Assembly (NCBI RefSeq): GCF_000737315.1
Contig: NZ_JMCB01000013.1
Span: 20,001-268,000, forward strand
Reading direction: 5' to 3'
Length of the DNA stretch: 248,000 bases
Origin: Hyalangium minutum
GTDB lineage: Bacteria > Myxococcota > Myxococcia > Myxococcales > Myxococcaceae
A model generated the notes under the pieces. That model ran no database searches. It was not told the DNA's origin and saw only the letters and a list, made by a program, of their open reading frames with translations. The position numbers and the translations under genes are program-made. This document shows, piece by piece, positions 187,319 to 198,002 of this stretch (position 1 is the first letter of the stretch; each line of letters begins with the position of its first letter).

Positions 187319-189874
187319 ATGAGCCTGCTCGCCCCGGCGGCCCTCGCGCTGCTCGTCTCCGCGCAGATTCCGCTGGCCACCCAGATCCAGCTCCCCACCG
187401 GGGACACGGTCGAGGTGGCCGCGGACTACGTCGTCTACGAGCCGGACAAGCAGGTCCTCACCGCGCGCGGCCACACCGAGCTGCGCACCGCGGAGACGCT
187501 GCTGCGCGCCGAGGAAGTCACCTACGATCAGGCCAACCAGAGGGCCCGCGCCAGCGGCGGGGTGATGTTCGTGAGCGGACAGTTCGCCGCCGTGGCGGAC
187601 GAGGTGGAGGTGGACCTCAAGTCCAACGAGGCCAACGTCAAGGGCGGCCTCTTCATGCAGAAGCGCAACGTCACCTCCGAGGCCCTGCGCAGCGCGGAGA
187701 CGCCCCAGCAACTGCGGCAGATGGGCGAGACGCCCGTGCTGATCAGCGGTACGCGAATCAAACGCACGGGGCCCAACGCCTTCGCGGTGGATGATCTCGC
187801 CTTCACCCCGTGCGAGTGCGGCCCCGGTGAGCCGAGCTGGCGCGTGGAGGCCAACAACGCCAACGTGCAGATGGGCGAGCGCGCCATTCTCACCTGGCCC
187901 GTGGTCTACGTGCACTCGGTGCCGGTGTTCGCGCTGCCGTGGCTGTACCTCCCGCTGGCCGAGCGGCGCTCGGGCCTGCTGGTGCCTCGGCCCACCACCT
188001 CGAGCCTCTTCGGCTTCGGCATTGATCAGCCTGTCTTCCTCACGCTCGGGCGCAGCTACGATCTCACGCTGACGCCGGGCTACTACACGGGTGGCTCCCA
188101 GGAGGATCATGTTCTCTCCGAGGCGGTGACGCGCAAGGAGCCGCGCTACTTCGGCGTCAAAGGCCCGCGCCTGCACACCGAGTTCCGTTACGTGCCCAGC
188201 GAGCGCACCCGGGGCCGGGCCACCTTGGGCTTTCTCTATGATCTGCGGCCCCCGCGAGACCCGAACAATGGCACCTTCTACCGGGTGGACGGTGGCACCA
188301 ACGAGGCCCTCTCCGAGCATCGCGGCCTGCGCGCAGAGGCCTCCTGGCAGCACACCCAAGACATGGGCAACGGCTTCCGCAACCGGGTGGATGCCGCGTT
188401 CGTCTCGGACGGCTTCTACACGCGCGACTTCACCGCGGACATCGTCGCCCGCGAGAACCAGTACCTGCGCAGCAGTGCCGTGCTCTACCACCGGGGCGAG
188501 GAGCACTACGCGGGCGTGGATGTGTCGCTCCGCCAGGACATCCGTTGGGGCTTCTCCTTCCTGAGGGAAGACCGCGTCCCGGCTGCCACGGATCCGACGC
188601 GGCCACTCGTCCCCGGGCCGCTCACCTTTCAGCGTCTGCCCTCCATCACCGTGGCCCTTCCCGAGCGCCTCCTCGGCAAGCGCTGGGCGGCGGGGCTGCG
188701 CGTGGAGTTCTCCCGGCTCTCGCCGCTCACTCGGAGCTACGGCGACGAGGGCGAGGACGGCCTCTTCAACGCCTCGCGAGCCTATGAGGTCCTCAACGAG
188801 GATGGCACCAAGACGCCGCTGCCCGATTCCACCCAGTCGAACGGTGTGTTCGATGCCTCGGATCGCGAGGCCCGGAACCGGCTGGACTTCTTCCCACGTC
188901 TCTCCACTTCGGTGGGGTTGGGACCGTATGCGCGGCTGACACCCTCGCTGGCCCTCCGCCAGGACTTCTACCTGGGCGAGCGCTCGGGCCACGTCGCCCA
189001 GCGTGGCTACCCGCTGCTCGGGGTCGCGGTGGACTCGGAGCTGGCTCGCACCTACGAGGAGGGCTCTGCTGCATGGCGTCACACCCTCCGACCTTCCGTG
189101 GAAGTGCGTTATGTGCCAGGGGTGTGGGGAGGCGTGCCTTCACCCGGCGCTTCGCCCGATCGTCCGCCCCAGCGCTACGACGAGCTTGACGCGGCGCTTC
189201 CCGTTGGCGCGGACGGCCGCGATCGCGGCTTCCTGCACGCAGTGGTGGAGGTGAGCCAGAGCCTCCAGCGCAAGCAAGGGGACCAGCGGCGAGAGGTGCT
189301 CCGCCTGCGCCTCGGTCAGGGCTTTGATCTGTCCCGACACGCCCCTACCTTTGGAGGTGGCTCCTACGGAGAGGAGAGGGGAGTGTTGCGCGATACCTAT
189401 GCGCGGGTGAATGCCAGTGCAGGTGTGCTCAACGCGGGCGCGCTGGTTCGCTTCGATCCCATTTCCGAACAGATCTCCCAGCTCAGCGCGGATGCCTCCA
189501 TCGACAACGGGAAGGGCGAAGCGCTCTACGCGCGTTATGACGATCTGCTGGCGGTGGGTTCGGATCGACTCCGGCGAGGGATCGACGCCTTGGTTGGCCC
189601 CGCAGCGGAGAGTCGAGCCCGTGCTCAGCTGCTCGTCGCGGGTTCGCGTTTGTCGCTCGGAATTGGACTCGGTCTGCGATACGAAGCCATCGTGCAGCCA
189701 CTTGCGAAGACGCAGTCTCCGCTCGCCCAGCAGGTGCTGGGCGTATCGTATGGTCCCGCTTGTGATTGCTGGCGTATCGAGGGAGTGGCCACGCTGAGGC
189801 GGGGCCAGAAGCGTCCAGACTTTGGTGTGAACTTGAGTGTGGCCGGTGTTGGCGCGTTCGGGTCAGGAAGTTGA
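187319..189874 (+). CDS. lptD: LPS-assembly protein LptD
   Basis: OstA-like N domain, FTPC.C...PSW, beta-barrel. Confidence 0.82.
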   Translation: MSLLAPAALALLVSAQIPLATQIQLPTGDTVEVAADYVVYEPDKQVLTARGHTELRTAETLLRAEEVTYDQANQRARASGGVMFVSGQFAAVADEVEVDLKSNEANVKGGLFMQKRNVTSEALRSAETPQQLRQMGETPVLISGTRIKRTGPNAFAVDDLAFTPCECGPGEPSWRVEANNANVQMGERAILTWPVVYVHSVPVFALPWLYLPLAERRSGLLVPRPTTSSLFGFGIDQPVFLTLGRSYDLTLTPGYYTGGSQEDHVLSEAVTRKEPRYFGVKGPRLHTEFRYVPSERTRGRATLGFLYDLRPPRDPNNGTFYRVDGGTNEALSEHRGLRAEASWQHTQDMGNGFRNRVDAAFVSDGFYTRDFTADIVARENQYLRSSAVLYHRGEEHYAGVDVSLRQDIRWGFSFLREDRVPAATDPTRPLVPGPLTFQRLPSITVALPERLLGKRWAAGLRVEFSRLSPLTRSYGDEGEDGLFNASRAYEVLNEDGTKTPLPDSTQSNGVFDASDREARNRLDFFPRLSTSVGLGPYARLTPSLALRQDFYLGERSGHVAQRGYPLLGVAVDSELARTYEEGSAAWRHTLRPSVEVRYVPGVWGGVPSPGASPDRPPQRYDELDAALPVGADGRDRGFLHAVVEVSQSLQRKQGDQRREVLRLRLGQGFDLSRHAPTFGGGSYGEERGVLRDTYARVNASAGVLNAGALVRFDPISEQISQLSADASIDNGKGEALYARYDDLLAVGSDRLRRGIDALVGPAAESRARAQLLVAGSRLSLGIGLGLRYEAIVQPLAKTQSPLAQQVLGVSYGPACDCWRIEGVATLRRGQKRPDFGVNLSVAGVGAFGSGS

Positions 189875-189947
189875 CGGACAGAGGAATCCACGGATGCGCC
189901 CAGTGGTTGTCTCAAACCTACAACATTCCCAGGAGGGAAAAATCTTC

Positions 189948-190298
189948 GTGTCGGAACTCGGAAAACGTATCGGCCAACGCATCCGCGAGCTTCGCACGCA
190001 GCGGCCTGAGCGTTGGACCCAAGAGGAACTCGCGGAGCGGGCTCAGATCAGCGTGTCCTTTCTGTCGATGATTGAGCGGGGAGAGCGAGTCGCCCATGTG
190101 GAGACACTCGCCGCGCTCGCCAGCGCCCTGGGCGTCAGCCTCGGGGAGCTCTTTGCCGGGACGGAGCAGTCTCTCGCTCAGACCGAGGACCTGCTTCGGC
190201 CGCTGTCGGACTTCGCTCGCGCGCGGGGCCTCACTGCCCGTGATGTCGATCGCCTGCTGGGCGTGGCGCGGGTGATGTTCAACGGTTCGACCGCCTAA
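189948..190298 (+). CDS. XRE family HTH regulator
   Basis: TQEELAE, SMIERGER. Confidence 0.88.
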   Translation: MSELGKRIGQRIRELRTQRPERWTQEELAERAQISVSFLSMIERGERVAHVETLAALASALGVSLGELFAGTEQSLAQTEDLLRPLSDFARARGLTARDVDRLLGVARVMFNGSTA

Positions 190299-190408
190299 CC
190301 ACGGTGCCGCGGCCCGTTCGCGAGGGGTCCGCGGCACCGTGTCCAGTTCTTGACTCAATGCAGGGCGGCCCTGGAAGATAAGTCCTCACTTCCAAGGAGT
190401 TACCGCAG

Positions 190409-191956
190409 ATGCGTTTGGGTCTCGCCTCATGCGTGGTGCTCGCCAGTGCCTTGCTGGTGGCCTGCGAGCCGCCGCCCCCAGCCACGCTGGAGTTCGTCGA
190501 TCAATCTCCGGCCAGTCCCCGGCTGGGAGAGATCACGACCCTGCGGTTCCGGGCTATCGACAGCCGCGGCAATCCGCAGGCAGGTACCACCGTCACATTC
190601 AAGCTGCAGTCGGAGGTCCCGGGGGTCACGCTCAATCCCACCGAGGGCTCGACGAACGTGGGGGACGGCATCGTCTCCACGCAGCTGGTGGCCAATGGCC
190701 GCGTGGCCTCGGTGGTGGTGATCGCCACCGCGGGCGACAAGACGGCGGTCAGCCCGGCGGTGGCCTTCGCGGGCGCGGGCGCCAACGGCAAGCAGTTCAC
190801 CTTCCAGTGCGGCGAGATCGCCGGTACCGCCTCGGGCGGTATTCACGGCATCGGCGCCTATGATGAGACGCGCTACCTGATTGCGGGCGTGAAGCTGCGC
190901 TGCACGGCCCACGTGGCGGACCGCAACGGTGACGGCATCGCGGGCGCCCAGGTGTCCTTCATCACCGAGGCGGGCACGCTCGGGCCGTCGTCCAGCTCGG
191001 TGTCGGACGTGGTGGGCAACGCGGAGGTTCTCTACAAGACGTCCTACCCGCTGCCGGTGGAGACGGATCCAGGCACCTTCACCTGGAACCCGCCCAATGA
191101 CGCCACCCACACGGGCGACTACATCGCCCCCTTGTGGATGCACCCGTTCTATTGGACGGCCAACCCCATCCGCGACTACGGCTCGCTGATCAACCCCATG
191201 GAGCCGCGTCCGGAGCCGTTCCGCGACGATCCCATCCGCCCCAACCGGCGCAACAACCCGCGCGACAACCTGGTGGCCATGATCGCCATCACCACGGGCG
191301 AAGAGGGGTACGACGACAAGAACAACAACGGCCAGTTCGACGAGGGCGAGTTCGACCCGAAGTTCGACCTGACGGAGCCCTTCGTCGACAACAACGACGA
191401 CGGCACCTGGCAGGACACCGAGCGCTTCGTCGACACCAACGGCAACGGCAAGTGGGACGGCAAGAACGGCAAGTACGACGCCTCCACCCTCATCTGGGTG
191501 CAGGAGCGCATCCTCTGGACGGGCTGGCCGCACCCGCTGGATCGCGACGAGACGGCGCTCAACCGCTCGCCCATCGTCCGCCAGCTCAAGCCGCCCGTGG
191601 GCACCACCCTCATCCTGGAGCACTTCACGCATGAGGAGGCCGTCTTCCTGCTGACCGATCCCTGGTTCAACCGCGTGGCCCAGAACGAGGACGGCGATGG
191701 CTGCTCCGGCGGCGCCATTGGCCCTGTGACGGTAGACAGCCTCACCCAGGGCATCGCCTTCACCTACCCGTCCTTCTCCATCGAGCGCTTCGTCCTGCGC
191801 GACCAGCATGATCCGGCCTCCGTCCCACCGACGCCGGCCTACGCGGCTCCGGGCATCAAGTTCGAGGTGGCCGCTGGCTGCAAGTACACGGCGTCCCCGG
191901 AGGACGGGCACGTGGTGCTCCTCAGCTCGCCGACGATTACGGGCCGGGTGTTCTAG
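190409..191956 (+). CDS. Ig-like domain lipoprotein with Ca-binding DxNxNG repeats
   Basis: Lipobox LVAC; DKNNNGQFD, DNNDDG, DTNGNG. Confidence 0.75.
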   Translation: MRLGLASCVVLASALLVACEPPPPATLEFVDQSPASPRLGEITTLRFRAIDSRGNPQAGTTVTFKLQSEVPGVTLNPTEGSTNVGDGIVSTQLVANGRVASVVVIATAGDKTAVSPAVAFAGAGANGKQFTFQCGEIAGTASGGIHGIGAYDETRYLIAGVKLRCTAHVADRNGDGIAGAQVSFITEAGTLGPSSSSVSDVVGNAEVLYKTSYPLPVETDPGTFTWNPPNDATHTGDYIAPLWMHPFYWTANPIRDYGSLINPMEPRPEPFRDDPIRPNRRNNPRDNLVAMIAITTGEEGYDDKNNNGQFDEGEFDPKFDLTEPFVDNNDDGTWQDTERFVDTNGNGKWDGKNGKYDASTLIWVQERILWTGWPHPLDRDETALNRSPIVRQLKPPVGTTLILEHFTHEEAVFLLTDPWFNRVAQNEDGDGCSGGAIGPVTVDSLTQGIAFTYPSFSIERFVLRDQHDPASVPPTPAYAAPGIKFEVAAGCKYTASPEDGHVVLLSSPTITGRVF

Positions 191957-192026
191957 CCCGGTACGAAGGGCATTGACCGGCGGCCCCGCCGTCCGTAGGG
192001 TCCTCTGCGGCTGATTTCCAAGTCAA

Positions 192027-192752
192027 TTGGCCGCGGAGGACGAGTTGAGCCAGCAGAGCCAGAAGGCGGCCGACGGAGGGACGCGCGAGAGCGAGCGCCG
192101 GCACACCATCCTCCGCGCCGCCATTGAAGTGTTCGCCAGCAAGGGCTACCACGGGTGCCGCATCGCGGACGTGGCCAAAGAGGCGGGCGTGGCCTACGGG
192201 CTCGTCTACCACTACTTCAAGAACAAGGATGAGCTGCTGGAGACCGTCTTCGAGGCGGGCTGGCGCGGCTTCTTCACGCGCGTGAGCGCGGTGGTTCAGG
192301 GCGAGGGCACGCTCGAGCAGAAGGTGCACCGGATCGCGGACGTGGCCATCGAGGCGTACCGGGTGGATCCGCGCACGGTGAAGGTGCTCATCCTCGAGAT
192401 CGCACGCAGCCCCGGGGGGCGGGTGAACCGGCAGACGGCCTTCGCGGAGGCCCTCCAACTGTGCACGCAGATGCTGATGCAGGCCCAAGAGGCCGGCGAG
192501 CTGCGGCCGGACGTGGATCTGCAGCTGGCCGCGGCCCTCTTCTTCGGCAACATCGAGATGGCGTTCACCGCCCTGTTGATGGGGAGGGTGGATCCCAAGG
192601 ATGTGGAGAAGCTGGAGCGGGCCAAGCGGCAGCTGGGAGATTTCTTCCTTCACGGCGTCCATGCTCGAGACGCTTCGTCGTCCTCGGAGGTCTCATGGAA
192701 GAAGGAGCAGGAGAAGTCCGCTACGCGGTCCAAGGCGCCCAAGCGCTCATAA
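192027..192752 (+). CDS. TetR family regulator
   Basis: AGVAYGLVYHYFKNK. Confidence 0.9.
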   Translation: MAAEDELSQQSQKAADGGTRESERRHTILRAAIEVFASKGYHGCRIADVAKEAGVAYGLVYHYFKNKDELLETVFEAGWRGFFTRVSAVVQGEGTLEQKVHRIADVAIEAYRVDPRTVKVLILEIARSPGGRVNRQTAFAEALQLCTQMLMQAQEAGELRPDVDLQLAAALFFGNIEMAFTALLMGRVDPKDVEKLERAKRQLGDFFLHGVHARDASSSSEVSWKKEQEKSATRSKAPKRS

Positions 192753-193480
192753 CCATCGACCGGCCGCGGGCGCGCAACGCCCTGTCACCGGCGGTGGTGC
192801 AGGGGCTGATGGAGGCCATTGCCCGGGCGGAAGCGGACGCGCAGGTGCGCGTGCTGGTGTTCACCGGCGCGGGGGAGAAGGTGTTCTGCGCGGGAGGCGA
192901 TCTCGGGCAGATGGGGGACGGCGGCTTCCTGTCCATGCACGACGGACGGCGTGCGTACGCCACGCTGCTCTCGAGGCTTCAGGGCTGTCGCAAGCCCACG
193001 GTGGCGCGGGTGAATGGGCACGCGCTGGCGGGCGGGCTCGGGTTGGTGCTGGCGTGTGACTTGGCCGTGGCCGTGGAGGGCGCGGAGTTCGGCACCCCAG
193101 AGATCGACGTGGGGCTCTTCCCCATGATGATGATGGCGCTGCTGCAGCGGCACGTGGGCCGCAAGCGGGCGCTGGAGCTGGTGATGACGGGGGATCGGCT
193201 GCCGGCGCGCGAGGCGCTGGTGCTGGGGCTGATCAATCGGGCAGTGCCTGCGGCGGAGCTGGACGCGTCCGTGGGAGCGCTGGCGGGCAAGCTGGCGGGC
193301 AAGAGTCAGGCGGTGATGGCGCTGGGCAAGCGGGCCTTCTTCACGGCGGAGGATCTGCCGCTGCCTGCGGCGCTGGAGTTCCTGGCGTCCCAGCTCTCGC
193401 TGAACGTGCTGGCTGAGGACGCGGGAGAGGGCGTGTCCGCGTTCCTGGAGAAGCGCCCCCCGAAGTGGAACGACCGCTGA
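192695..193480 (+). CDS. Enoyl-CoA hydratase/isomerase
   Basis: FCAGGDL, GHALAGG, FGTPE. Confidence 0.92.
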   Translation: MEEGAGEVRYAVQGAQALITIDRPRARNALSPAVVQGLMEAIARAEADAQVRVLVFTGAGEKVFCAGGDLGQMGDGGFLSMHDGRRAYATLLSRLQGCRKPTVARVNGHALAGGLGLVLACDLAVAVEGAEFGTPEIDVGLFPMMMMALLQRHVGRKRALELVMTGDRLPAREALVLGLINRAVPAAELDASVGALAGKLAGKSQAVMALGKRAFFTAEDLPLPAALEFLASQLSLNVLAEDAGEGVSAFLEKRPPKWNDR

Positions 193481-193525
193481 GAGCGCCTGGCCTCCGTGGC
193501 CGAGGCGCGGCCGGAGGTGCTCAGC

Positions 193526-194509
193526 TCAGGGCGTCGCGGTGACGGTGGCGGTGCCTTCGTTCTGGCTGGGAGCCGGGGAGGGTAGAGCGGCGGGAGTCTC
193601 GGTGGTGGCCACGCGAGGCTCCGGCTTGCCGAAGAAGTCCAGCTTCAGCAGGGACAGGCCATCCACCCAGAGCCCGTCCAACTTCACGCCCCAGTGGAGG
193701 TGGGGACCGGTGACGCGGCCCGTCTTCCCCACGAGGCCCAGCTTCTGGCCCTGCTGCACCTTCGCGCCCGTCTTCACGTCCATGCGGGACATGTGGAAGT
193801 ACGTCGTGTACAGGCCCGCGCCATGGTGGACGATGACGGTGCCGCCCGAGCTGTAGCAATCACGGACCATCACCACCGTGCCCTCGTTGGCGGCGAAGAT
193901 GGAGTCGCCGGTGTTCCCGTCGATGTCCACGCCGAAGTGCTGGCTCTGGAGCTTGCCGTTGAACGAGCGCCGATCGCCGTATGGCGCGGTGATGCGATCC
194001 TGGCGGGGCCAGGCGAAATTCTCAGTGAAAAGCGGCGAGGCGAATGGCTGGGCGAACGCGGCAGCGAAGGCGGCGCGATCCTCGGCCATGCGGGCCTTCA
194101 CGGACGCGGGCGGCTTGACGTACTTGCCAGCGACCTTGAGCTGCCGCTCGGGGTAGCCAGGCTCCACCACGTCCAGCGTGCCCGCGAGCTCCAGCGCCTT
194201 GCCCTGCGCGGGGCGGGGGGCCGTCACCTTCACCGCGACGGTGCCCAGGGACTGCTCCACCGGGAGCCCCGAGAGCGCGAGCCACGCGCCCGAGGTCTCG
194301 AAGAACTGCAGGGGCCTTCCGGCCAGCGTGCCCGAGGGCATGCCCTCCACGCCCCGCACGGCGACGAGAACCGGGTCGCCCGGCTTGGCCGTTCCCGGCT
194401 GCACGGAGAGGCTTGGCTGAGCCTGGGCTCCGAAGGCCACCAGGCCCAGGGCGAGCAGGGCGAAGGGGAGCGAGGCGGAGAGGCGGGGAAGGGAGGGCGC
194501 GAGCGGCAT
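193526..194509 (-). CDS. M23 metallopeptidase
   Basis: HFGVD, YFHM, GPHLHW. Confidence 0.92.
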   Translation of the reverse strand: MPLAPSLPRLSASLPFALLALGLVAFGAQAQPSLSVQPGTAKPGDPVLVAVRGVEGMPSGTLAGRPLQFFETSGAWLALSGLPVEQSLGTVAVKVTAPRPAQGKALELAGTLDVVEPGYPERQLKVAGKYVKPPASVKARMAEDRAAFAAAFAQPFASPLFTENFAWPRQDRITAPYGDRRSFNGKLQSQHFGVDIDGNTGDSIFAANEGTVVMVRDCYSSGGTVIVHHGAGLYTTYFHMSRMDVKTGAKVQQGQKLGLVGKTGRVTGPHLHWGVKLDGLWVDGLSLLKLDFFGKPEPRVATTETPAALPSPAPSQNEGTATVTATP

Positions 194510-194771
194510 GAGGGCCGCAGTTGTACCACCGGGGCGCCCTGTGCACCGATGCCCCGTTTGCAAGGCTCGCTCGGACGGCTGCTCTTCGTGCCTGTCAGGC
194601 CTCGGAGCCGAGGGGGCATCGCCCGCTGGTCAACATCCAAAACGAGAGATGGGCCCCGCTGGTCAAGGAGCGAACGTCCGGGCGGCGCGAGCGCTGGCGC
194701 AGGTGTACCAAGGGCGGAAAGGGCTCCCTACTTTCTCTGACGAACTGACTTGCCATCGAGGGGGATGTTGG

Positions 194772-195260
194772 ATGCCGCGTTCTTATAGCTTCGACCATTT
194801 CCAGGTGCCCGCAGCCGAGCCCCGCAGCCGGAGCTTGCGGCGCCAGGACAAGCAGCACTTGGCCGAATCACACCATGCCGTGCCTGCGCAGGACGGGGGG
194901 ATCCACTACGGCAGGAGCCACGCGCAGACGGAGGAGATCCTCAAGGCGCGCGCCCTGGCTCCGCCGCGCCGCGAGAGCGCTGGGGCGAAGGCCCGCGCGG
195001 CGCAGGCCACGCCGAGCCCGGAGCGGCTCCAGGCCACGCCGCGGATCAACCGCAACACCACGCCCATTGGCGCGCTGCCGGCCACCGAGGAGCTGCCGCC
195101 GCGCGGGCGCTTCCAGGATCTGATGGACGAAGCGACGCGCCAGTTCGAGGCCATCCAGGGAGGTATTGGCGACGTGAGCAAGGCGGCGGTGCGGCTGGCC
195201 TCGCTGCCGCTCGAGGTGGTGCGGCTGGCGGCGCGACGCCTGCGTCTGGTTCACGGCTGA
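194772..195260 (+). CDS. Hypothetical protein
   Basis: ORF with RBS. Confidence 0.55.
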   Translation: MPRSYSFDHFQVPAAEPRSRSLRRQDKQHLAESHHAVPAQDGGIHYGRSHAQTEEILKARALAPPRRESAGAKARAAQATPSPERLQATPRINRNTTPIGALPATEELPPRGRFQDLMDEATRQFEAIQGGIGDVSKAAVRLASLPLEVVRLAARRLRLVHG

Positions 195261-195273
195261 GGGTTCGGGCGCC

Positions 195274-196041
195274 GTGGAGCTGACGCTCGTCTCGTACAAC
195301 ATCCACAGCGGCATCGGCACGGACGGCCGGTTTGATCTGCACCGGGTGGGCGAGGTGCTGCGAGAGATTGACGCGGACATCATCGCCCTGCAGGAGGTGG
195401 GGGACTTCCGGGGCAAGACATCCCGGGAGGACCAGCCCGAGCACCTGGCGGATCTGCTCGGGCTCCACATGGCATTCGGCCCGAACGTGGTGCGCCAGGG
195501 CCGGCGCTATGGGAACGCGGTGCTGGCGCGCCTGCCCATCCTCAAGTCGAAGAACTACGATCTCAGCGTGGAGAGCCGCGAGCCGCGCGGCGCCCTTCGG
195601 TGTGATCTGGATCTGGGTGGGGGGCGGCAACTGCACCTGTTCTGCCTGCACCTGGGGTTGTCGCTCGGCGAGCGCCGCAGGCAGGAGAGCCTGCTGCTGT
195701 CGTCGGACATCCTCCGAGATGCGGTGCGCAAGGATCCGGTGGTGGTGTGCGGAGACTTCAACTACTGGGGCAACAAGCCCGTCCCCGCGCTGGTGCGGCG
195801 GGCCATCCACGACGCGGCGCTGGAACTTCGCACCCCGGCGCGGACCTACCCCTCCCGGCTGCCGCTGCTGCGGCTGGATCGCATCTTCGTGGACTCGGGT
195901 GTCCGCCCGCTCACCATCCGGCCACACCGTTCCTCCTTGGCCACGGTCACCTCGGACCACCTTCCGCTGGTGATGCGCTTCGAGGCCCCGGTGCTGACCG
196001 AAGCCGTGGCGGTCTCGGCACCCGTGCAGCTCATCGGCTAG
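195274..196041 (+). CDS. Endonuclease/exonuclease/phosphatase family
   Basis: SYNIH, LQEV, GDFN, LDRIF, SDHLP. Confidence 0.92.
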   Translation: MELTLVSYNIHSGIGTDGRFDLHRVGEVLREIDADIIALQEVGDFRGKTSREDQPEHLADLLGLHMAFGPNVVRQGRRYGNAVLARLPILKSKNYDLSVESREPRGALRCDLDLGGGRQLHLFCLHLGLSLGERRRQESLLLSSDILRDAVRKDPVVVCGDFNYWGNKPVPALVRRAIHDAALELRTPARTYPSRLPLLRLDRIFVDSGVRPLTIRPHRSSLATVTSDHLPLVMRFEAPVLTEAVAVSAPVQLIG

Positions 196042-196181
196042 CGTGGGGGCTCCAGCGGCGTTCATTGGCCGACGCTTTGCGGCCGCTGGACACAAGAAGC
196101 ACGCGACGGGTTGTCGCGGCGGGGGTGGATGCCTAGGTTGGCTCCGCCTGTGGGATGAGAGCAGCGCCGGCCGGAGAGTCG

Positions 196182-196634
196182 ATGAACTTGGGGACGGAAC
196201 AGACGGAGCGCGGGATCTCCGCGATCGTCGGACGGATGGCGGACAGCTTCAGCCGTCTGGTGTCTCAGCACATCACCCTGGCGCGCCTGGAACTGGCCGA
196301 GGATGCCAAGGCCATGGCTCGCGACGTGGCGAGCATCGTCGTCTTCGTGCCTTTCCTGATGGTGGGCTGGGTCTTCCTGTGCGGCGCGATCGCCGTGGCG
196401 CTGGCGCAGGCGATCGGCTACGGCTGGGCCTTGGCAGCCGTGGGCGGCGTCCACATGGTGGGGGGAGGGATCGGCATCTGGACAGCCCTGTCCCGGCTCA
196501 AGAATCGCCAGGTCATGAATGACACGGGCGAAGAACTTTCGCGCAGCATGGCGGTGCTCACCTCGGCGAGCCCCGCCGCAGTGCCCTCTTCACAGCCTCG
196601 CAACGTGCTCAAGGAGCCCCCGAATGCCCAGTAA
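196182..196634 (+). CDS. Holin-like (Phage_holin_3_6/YqjE-like) membrane protein
   Basis: LARLEL followed by two TM helices. Confidence 0.75.
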   Translation: MNLGTEQTERGISAIVGRMADSFSRLVSQHITLARLELAEDAKAMARDVASIVVFVPFLMVGWVFLCGAIAVALAQAIGYGWALAAVGGVHMVGGGIGIWTALSRLKNRQVMNDTGEELSRSMAVLTSASPAAVPSSQPRNVLKEPPNAQ

Positions 196635-196839
196635 TGGACAGCCCAAGGCTGAGCCCCGAAGTCCCGCCGCGCTGCGCGCCGAGATCGAGCGCACCCGCGC
196701 GGAACTGGCCACCTCGGTCACTGCGTTGCGCCAGGAGGTCGCCGAGACCGTGGACTGGCGGGCCTGGGTGCGCAAGCGCCCGCTGCTGGCCGTGGGCGCC
196801 GCGTTCACAGTTGGGTTCGTGATCGCCTACCGCCGCTGA
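196624..196839 (+). CDS. DUF3618-like small protein
   Basis: LRAEIERTRAELA..V..L. Confidence 0.7.
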   Translation: MPSNGQPKAEPRSPAALRAEIERTRAELATSVTALRQEVAETVDWRAWVRKRPLLAVGAAFTVGFVIAYRR

Positions 196840-196899
196840 CGGCCGCCAACACCTTCACCCACCACTGTCATTCGTTTTCAACTCACAGGAGAGGCTTCG

Positions 196900-197100
196900 A
196901 TGGAGATGAATCCGCAGCAGATCCAGGACCGCGCGCGTGAAATTCAGGAGCGTATCGTGCCGCAGATCGAAGAGGCGCGGCGCAACCTGGTGGATGTGAA
197001 CACCCGCGTGGTGAGCTTCATCCGCGCCAACCCGGGCACCTGCCTGGTGGGTGCGGTGGCCCTGGGCTTCCTCATCGGCAAGATCGCCTCGCGCCGCTGA
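196900..197100 (+). CDS. ElaB/DUF883-like tail-anchored protein
   Basis: IRANP...VGAVALGFLIG. Confidence 0.7.
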   Translation: MEMNPQQIQDRAREIQERIVPQIEEARRNLVDVNTRVVSFIRANPGTCLVGAVALGFLIGKIASRR

Positions 197101-197135
197101 TCCTCGCCGTCCTTTCGTCACACCGAGAAAACACC

Positions 197136-197585
197136 ATGACGACCTTTCAGAACACCCAGAGCAACGGCTCTCACACCAGCGGCGACGATCAGGGGTTTGG
197201 CGAGCGCGTGGATCAGATCGGCTCGGAGGCCCAGCAGCTGTGGAGCAATGCGCGCACTGCGGTGTCGGACCTGGGCCAGACGCTGGATCTCAAGGGCCGG
197301 GTGGATCGCAACCCGTACGGGATGATGGCTGCGGCGATCGGCGTGGGCTACGTGCTGGGCGGGGGACTCTTCACCCCGCTGACCGGGCGGATCCTGAAGC
197401 TGGGCGTGCGCTTGGCGATGCTGCCCTTCGTCAAGGACGAGCTGCTGGGCATGGCCGAGGCCGCGCTCCAGGGCTATCAGGCGGGCCAGTCCAGCGTGGG
197501 CGGGCAGAGTGGGGGAGGGGGGCAGAGCGGCGCCACGGGAATCGGCACCTCGCCTCGGACGGGCGGTCCTGGCAACATCAGCTGA
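197136..197585 (+). CDS. Tail-anchored-like hypothetical protein
   Basis: RNPYGMMAAAIGVGYVLGGG. Confidence 0.65.
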   Translation: MTTFQNTQSNGSHTSGDDQGFGERVDQIGSEAQQLWSNARTAVSDLGQTLDLKGRVDRNPYGMMAAAIGVGYVLGGGLFTPLTGRILKLGVRLAMLPFVKDELLGMAEAALQGYQAGQSSVGGQSGGGGQSGATGIGTSPRTGGPGNIS

Positions 197586-197633
197586 GCCGTCGTTTGCGCG
197601 CCACATCTTCACTTGAACCCTGGGAGTTCCCGC

Positions 197634-197906
197634 ATGTTTGGAGTCAGTGACCTCAAGAAGTTGGACAAGGACGAGCTGCTCAACCTGATCGGGCTCGAGA
197701 CCCGGAAGGAGACCAGCGACTACCTGCTGCCGGCGCTGGGCGCCTTTACGGTGGGAGTGCTGCTGGGCGTGGGCGTGGGGCTGATGCTCGCGCCCAAGCC
197801 GGGCAATGAGCTCCGCAATGATCTGCGCAACCGGTTCCAGCCCGGCCAGGAGCCGGTTACGGGCGCTGGTGCGACGCGGACCGAGAACGTCTCGCGCGGC
197901 GTGTAG
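197634..197906 (+). CDS. YtxH domain protein
   Basis: GLMLAPKPGNELR. Confidence 0.8.
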   Translation: MFGVSDLKKLDKDELLNLIGLETRKETSDYLLPALGAFTVGVLLGVGVGLMLAPKPGNELRNDLRNRFQPGQEPVTGAGATRTENVSRGV

Positions 197907-198002
197907 CCGGGCACAGAGGGTTTCTCCTCGGGCCTCCCCTGGGCGCGCCACCCGCGTCCGGGCGGAGGCCCGTGCTTTTGGAGCGCTCCCTACCCAAGAG
198001 GT

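Noticed and set aside
196182-196634. Holin-like genes (also 241278-241703) as prophage evidence
   Set aside because: No endolysin, structural or replication genes nearby; this family is common in chromosomal stress clusters.
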